The notes under the pieces are model-generated. The model saw only the letters and a list, made by a program, of their open reading frames with translations, did not search any database and was not told the DNA's origin. Made by a program: the position numbers and the translations under genes. DNA of 64,000 bases from Gemmatales bacterium (GTDB lineage: Bacteria > Planctomycetota > Planctomycetia > Gemmatales > HRBIN36): the NCBI GenBank assembly GCA_025055835.1, contig JANWWR010000006.1:59120-123119 (forward strand), written 5' to 3'. Position 1 is the stretch's first letter; each line of letters starts with the position of its first letter. Positions 60,499-64,000 of this stretch are shown piece after piece.

Positions 60499-62190
60499 AT
60501 GCGGACCATGATCGGCCGTCTGAACTTGCGAGCAAATGCCCCTTCCACGTTGAGCCGACTGTGCTTCGTTCTCGTCTTTGTTTCGGTCGTGGCGATTCCT
60601 CGTCTTACCTCGCAGGCCCAGGAGAAACACGTCATCCTTCAACGTTCTGAGGTCAAGGCCCCGCTGCTTTTCGTCCGCGTGCAGGGGCCTGAAGGCATGG
60701 CTGTCACCTTCCTCGACTCCCGCGGCGGCCGCACCTTCGACCAGCCGGTGACCGTGGGCCTGCGTCCCAGTTTCATTTACCGCCTGCGTCTGAGCGGTTT
60801 TCCTAATCGTCCAGGCGTGAACTTTTATGCCAGCCTGGAAGTCCGCAGCACTTTGCATCTGCCTCCACGACAAAAGGCCAGCGAATTCCCCGCTCCGGTG
60901 ATTTTTTCTGAAGCTGATGCGGAGAGTGCCTTGGCGGGTGTGCTCGTCACCAAGGTCATCGGTCTGGAAGATGCCGAAAAAACGGCTTTGGGGCCGCTGT
61001 TCTCCGGTCAACCGGCTGAAGTGAGTGTCAATCCCGAGGATGATCCGCTCAAGTATGCCCAGATGCTCGGCAGGCCCCTGCTGATCGTTCGCCTCGGGAC
61101 GCGCGAACCGGAAGCGGCCGAAGTGGCCCGTCTGGGACCGGGAATGATCCTCTTTCCGGACATGGTCTCGCTCCCGCCCCCGTCCTCTTCGCAGCTGTTC
61201 CACAAGGTCCCGCCGGAACTGCCGCTCAAGGGTCTGCTCGATCCGTTGGAAGAATGTCTGCGGGATGGAGGAGATCAAGGAACACCCGCCCATTTCAATT
61301 CCACGGGTCGCATCGGCGGTCTTGACCCCAGTGACACGGTGGCGGAATACCGTGACTCGACCGGGAGGCTCAAGCTCAAACCATCGAACGTCGTCTGTAT
61401 CTTCGTCCCCCGCTGGTTTGTCGTGAAGCACGAGACGGGCCTGTCCCGGTTCGATGCGGCCAAGGCGATTAGCGCCGTGGATGCCGCCAAGCGGCAGAAC
61501 CTGCTGGCCGAAAAACAGAATTCCCGGCCCCTGCGTGGCCTGAAGGAAGCCGAGCAATTCCGTCACCGGCAGCGCCTCGAGGCAGCCCGAAGCACAGATC
61601 GGGCCACCCGGGTTGAGACAGTTAAAGTCCTTCAGGGCACCGAGATTGACATCGGCCTGGCAGCGTATCTGGGGACTAAAGCGGCTCTGACGCTGCGAGA
61701 CGAGGACAAGCTGCGTCTGGCCCGCCAGTTCAAACTCGCCCAGGAACTTCAGAAGGAGCAGGCACCCGCCGGCACCCAGGCGGCAAACGGTCCGCAGGCG
61801 GTTGGCCATGTCGTCGGGTTGGGTCAGGTGACCGGCTCGGCGGATCTTCGCGAATTCAGTTGCATCTGCATGCCGGGCGAGCCGGAGCTACCGGAAAAGC
61901 CGCTGTATCTGTGCAAATGGGCCTCGACCGACGCCGCTCAAGTCGGCGACGTCATCACCTTCTACATCAAGTACGTCAACCTGGGGGGCAAGCCGATCCA
62001 GGACATCGCCATCTCGGACAGCCTGACCGGCCGCTTGGAGTACGTTCCCGGATCCGCGAAATCGGATCGGGAAGCCGTCTTCGTCACTCAGGAAAACGAT
62101 GCGGGTTCCCTGATTCTCCGGTGGGAGATCCGCGATCCGCTTCCGCCGGGGAAAAAAGGCGTGGTGAGCTTCCAGGCACGCGTCCGCTGA
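60499..62190 (+). CDS. secreted protein with an N-terminal unnamed domain (paralogous to the preceding gene) and a C-terminal DUF11 / conserved-repeat (TIGR01451-type) domain
   Basis: ATG at 60499, with signal/anchor LCFVLVFVSVVAIPRLTSQA. VRVQGPEGMAVTFL...IYRLRLSGFPNRPGVNFYASLEV...VTKVIGLEDA. C-terminus AAQVGDVITFYIKYVNLGGKPIQDIAISDSLTGRLEYVPGSA...GKKGVVSFQARV. Confidence 0.7.
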   Translation: MRTMIGRLNLRANAPSTLSRLCFVLVFVSVVAIPRLTSQAQEKHVILQRSEVKAPLLFVRVQGPEGMAVTFLDSRGGRTFDQPVTVGLRPSFIYRLRLSGFPNRPGVNFYASLEVRSTLHLPPRQKASEFPAPVIFSEADAESALAGVLVTKVIGLEDAEKTALGPLFSGQPAEVSVNPEDDPLKYAQMLGRPLLIVRLGTREPEAAEVARLGPGMILFPDMVSLPPPSSSQLFHKVPPELPLKGLLDPLEECLRDGGDQGTPAHFNSTGRIGGLDPSDTVAEYRDSTGRLKLKPSNVVCIFVPRWFVVKHETGLSRFDAAKAISAVDAAKRQNLLAEKQNSRPLRGLKEAEQFRHRQRLEAARSTDRATRVETVKVLQGTEIDIGLAAYLGTKAALTLRDEDKLRLARQFKLAQELQKEQAPAGTQAANGPQAVGHVVGLGQVTGSADLREFSCICMPGEPELPEKPLYLCKWASTDAAQVGDVITFYIKYVNLGGKPIQDIAISDSLTGRLEYVPGSAKSDREAVFVTQENDAGSLILRWEIRDPLPPGKKGVVSFQARVR

Positions 62191-62396
62191 CCAGCCTCCC
62201 AGACTGGCAGCAACTTCTTGCCAAATCGATGTCAACGCACTTGTAGGATCGCAAAATTCGCATGATTCAGACCGACCCGCCAACTTGTCTCGATCTTTCG
62301 TGATCTGGTCAACTTTCCGTAGCCGTTGTCCAAATCGCGTCATACAGTAAGGCCCGTAGTCAAGCCGCATAGGGACCGAAAAGCGGGAGAAGGTTC

Positions 62397-63614
62397 GTGG
62401 ACTGGCTTGCCGACTATTGGCCGGTGATTCGCGCGTTACTCGCTTCAATTCTTCTAGTGACGCTGGTTGCCGGTTCGGCCATCATCTTCATCTGGATGGA
62501 ACGCAAGGTAGCCGGACGAATCCAGGACCGTCTCGGGCCGACGCGGGTCGGCGGCAAGTTCGGCTGGCTTCAGACTATCGCCGACGGCATCAAGCTGATC
62601 GCCAAGGAAGACATCATTCCCGCTCACGCTGACCAGCTGCTGTTCCGCATCAGCCCTTACATCGCCTTCGTCGGCGTGTTCCTGTCGTTCCTGGTGTTGC
62701 CGTTCGGACGTGAGATCGTCGGCCTGCCGATGAACATCGCGGCGTTTTTCATGCTTTCCGTGCTTTCGACTGAGGTGTTCGGCATCATCCTGGCCGGGTA
62801 CGGCTCGGGCAGCAAGTGGTCCCTGTTCGGCGGAATGCGGGAAGCGGCCCAGATGGTCAGCTACGAAGTGCCACGGGCCTTGTGCGTGGTGATTCCCGTG
62901 CTTGCCGCCGGAACCCTTGACCTGCAACTCATCGCCCAGCAACAGGCTGGTTTCTTCTGGAACTGGCTGATCTTCCACGACCCGTTTCAGTTTCTCACGT
63001 TCTGGGTCTTCTTCACCGTCGCCACGGCGGGCTGCAAACGCGCCCCGTTCGACTTGGCCGAGGCCGAGAGCGAATTGGTCGCCGGTTTCCACACTGAGTA
63101 CAGCGGCTTCCGCTGGTGCCTGTTTTTCATGGCCGAATACGGGGCCATGTTCGCCGCCAGCGCTCTCGCCGTCACCCTGTTTCTGGGCGGCTGGCACACG
63201 GGCCTGTTCCCCGCTGACTTCATGCCGGGCGACTTCGAGACGCCGCTGGGCATCCTGGCCAGCTTCCTCAGCGTCATCGTGCTGATCGCCAAGAGCTGGC
63301 TTCTGGTCTTCGTCATGATGTGGATTCGTTGGACGCTGCCGCGGCTCCGCATCGACCAGGTCATGATGATGTGCCTGAAATATCTGGTGCCGATCAGCTG
63401 CGCTCTCCTGCTGCTCGCCAGTTTGTTGCCTCTGCTGTGGAATACGCTGGGATTGCCACGACTTCCATTCCGAAATCCCCCAGCCTTGCCGGTGCTGCCC
63501 GCGACTCAGCGAATGCCCACTAGCCAGGCAATGCAGCCTGCTTTCGACGACGGAACTCAGTCATCTACTCAGCCACCGCAGTTGACCCGCAGGGACTCGC
63601 ATGAGCTTCGCTGA
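62397..63614 (+). CDS. nuoH: NADH-quinone oxidoreductase subunit H, with a roughly 60-aa Pro/Gln-rich C-terminal extension
   Basis: The GTG start is preceded by GGAGAAGG. IFIWMERKVAGRIQDRLGPTRVGGKFGWLQTIADGIKL, APFDLAEAESELVAGFHTEYSG and RWTLPRLRIDQ. Confidence 0.95.
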   Translation: MDWLADYWPVIRALLASILLVTLVAGSAIIFIWMERKVAGRIQDRLGPTRVGGKFGWLQTIADGIKLIAKEDIIPAHADQLLFRISPYIAFVGVFLSFLVLPFGREIVGLPMNIAAFFMLSVLSTEVFGIILAGYGSGSKWSLFGGMREAAQMVSYEVPRALCVVIPVLAAGTLDLQLIAQQQAGFFWNWLIFHDPFQFLTFWVFFTVATAGCKRAPFDLAEAESELVAGFHTEYSGFRWCLFFMAEYGAMFAASALAVTLFLGGWHTGLFPADFMPGDFETPLGILASFLSVIVLIAKSWLLVFVMMWIRWTLPRLRIDQVMMMCLKYLVPISCALLLLASLLPLLWNTLGLPRLPFRNPPALPVLPATQRMPTSQAMQPAFDDGTQSSTQPPQLTRRDSHELR

Positions 63615-64000
63615 CTTTTTGTTCTGGGTCGTGGCCCTGCTGACTGGGCTTTCTGCCGTGATGGTCGTCGTCACGCAGAACATCGTCCGGGCGGCCCTGT
63701 GGCTACTGTTCACCCTGGCGGGAACGGCGGGATTGTTCTTCCTTCTCGGGGCCGACTTCGTCGGCGCGGTTCAGCTTCTCGTGTATGTCGGCGGCATCCT
63801 GATTCTGCTGGTGTTCGGCGTCATGCTGACGGCCCAGGGACCGTTCGTGAATCTCCGGGCCGGGGCCGGGGAATGGGCCGTCGCCATCGTCGTCGGCTTG
63901 CTGCTCCTGGGATTGCTGGGCAGCGCTTTCCTGATGACCGACTGGCGATTTTTGCCGACCCAGCCGCCGGACCCCGCCACAAGTCGCTATACCAACGACC
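63601..64000 (+). CDS. nuoJ: NADH-quinone oxidoreductase subunit J (3' end outside window)
   Basis: The frame is open from the ATG at 63601 to the window edge. It is absent from the ORF track because there is no stop. MSFADFLFWVVALLTGLSAVMVVVTQNIVRAALWLLFTLAGTAGLFFLLGADFVGAVQLLVYVGGILILLVFGVMLT is typical NuoJ/ND6. Confidence 0.9.
   Translation, partial: MSFADFLFWVVALLTGLSAVMVVVTQNIVRAALWLLFTLAGTAGLFFLLGADFVGAVQLLVYVGGILILLVFGVMLTAQGPFVNLRAGAGEWAVAIVVGLLLLGLLGSAFLMTDWRFLPTQPPDPATSRYTND

Noticed and set aside
60400-61809. 469-aa - strand ORF antisense to the DUF11-domain gene
   Set aside because: This is a shadow ORF. The + strand product has a signal peptide, paralogy to its neighbour and a recognisable DUF11 domain.
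1-64000. Mobile elements, prophage, defence islands, rRNA/tRNA genes and CRISPR-Cas
   Set aside because: I recognised no transposase, integrase, recombinase (other than recA), restriction, toxin-antitoxin, cas or phage structural signatures in any frame. I saw no long inverted terminal repeats. This judgement is by eye only; a profile search could still reveal remote homologues among the hypothetical proteins.

Overview
The window is a GC-rich, very gene-dense chromosomal segment. I count about 50 protein-coding genes on both strands, many with 1-4 nt start/stop overlaps. All calls come from reading the ORF translations and the DNA by eye; no database search was run. The gene content points to a member of the Planctomycetota: a DUF1549/DUF1553 (PSD1-type) protein, a BBP7-type outer-membrane barrel, a repeat adhesin with an LEPLESR-type N-terminus, several secreted HEAT/beta-rich hypotheticals and a membrane Ser/Thr kinase. 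Most genes are housekeeping: tsaD, glgC, glnE, miaB, trpF, pyrK, rluB, rluD, ybeY, folE, moaD-moaE-moaA, recA, pdxA, and nuoH-nuoJ at the right edge. I recognised no rRNA, tRNA, CRISPR array, transposase, integrase or phage genes. Six things deserve a second look. (1) A 590-bp intergenic gap (about 30.6-31.1 kb) holds two families of tandem repeats and a series of hairpins with different stems but conserved GCGAGCGG flanks. (2) A divergent envelope gene cluster (57.8-62.2 kb) encodes a LolA-like protein, a Pro-rich lipoprotein and a protein with a C-terminal DUF11 domain. The lipoprotein and the DUF11 protein share a roughly 150-aa domain I cannot name. (3) A Ser/Thr kinase is fused through one TM helix to a WCPHC thioredoxin domain. 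(4) An SdrD-B-repeat adhesin with a domain inserted into its first repeat sits in an operon with a BBP7 barrel. (5) A sortilin/BNR beta-propeller protein is interrupted by two PDZ domains and carries RGG/FG-like and poly-Glu tracts. (6) An ABC exporter pair has reciprocally degenerate ATPase motifs. None of these is proven novel from sequence alone; each needs the checks listed.
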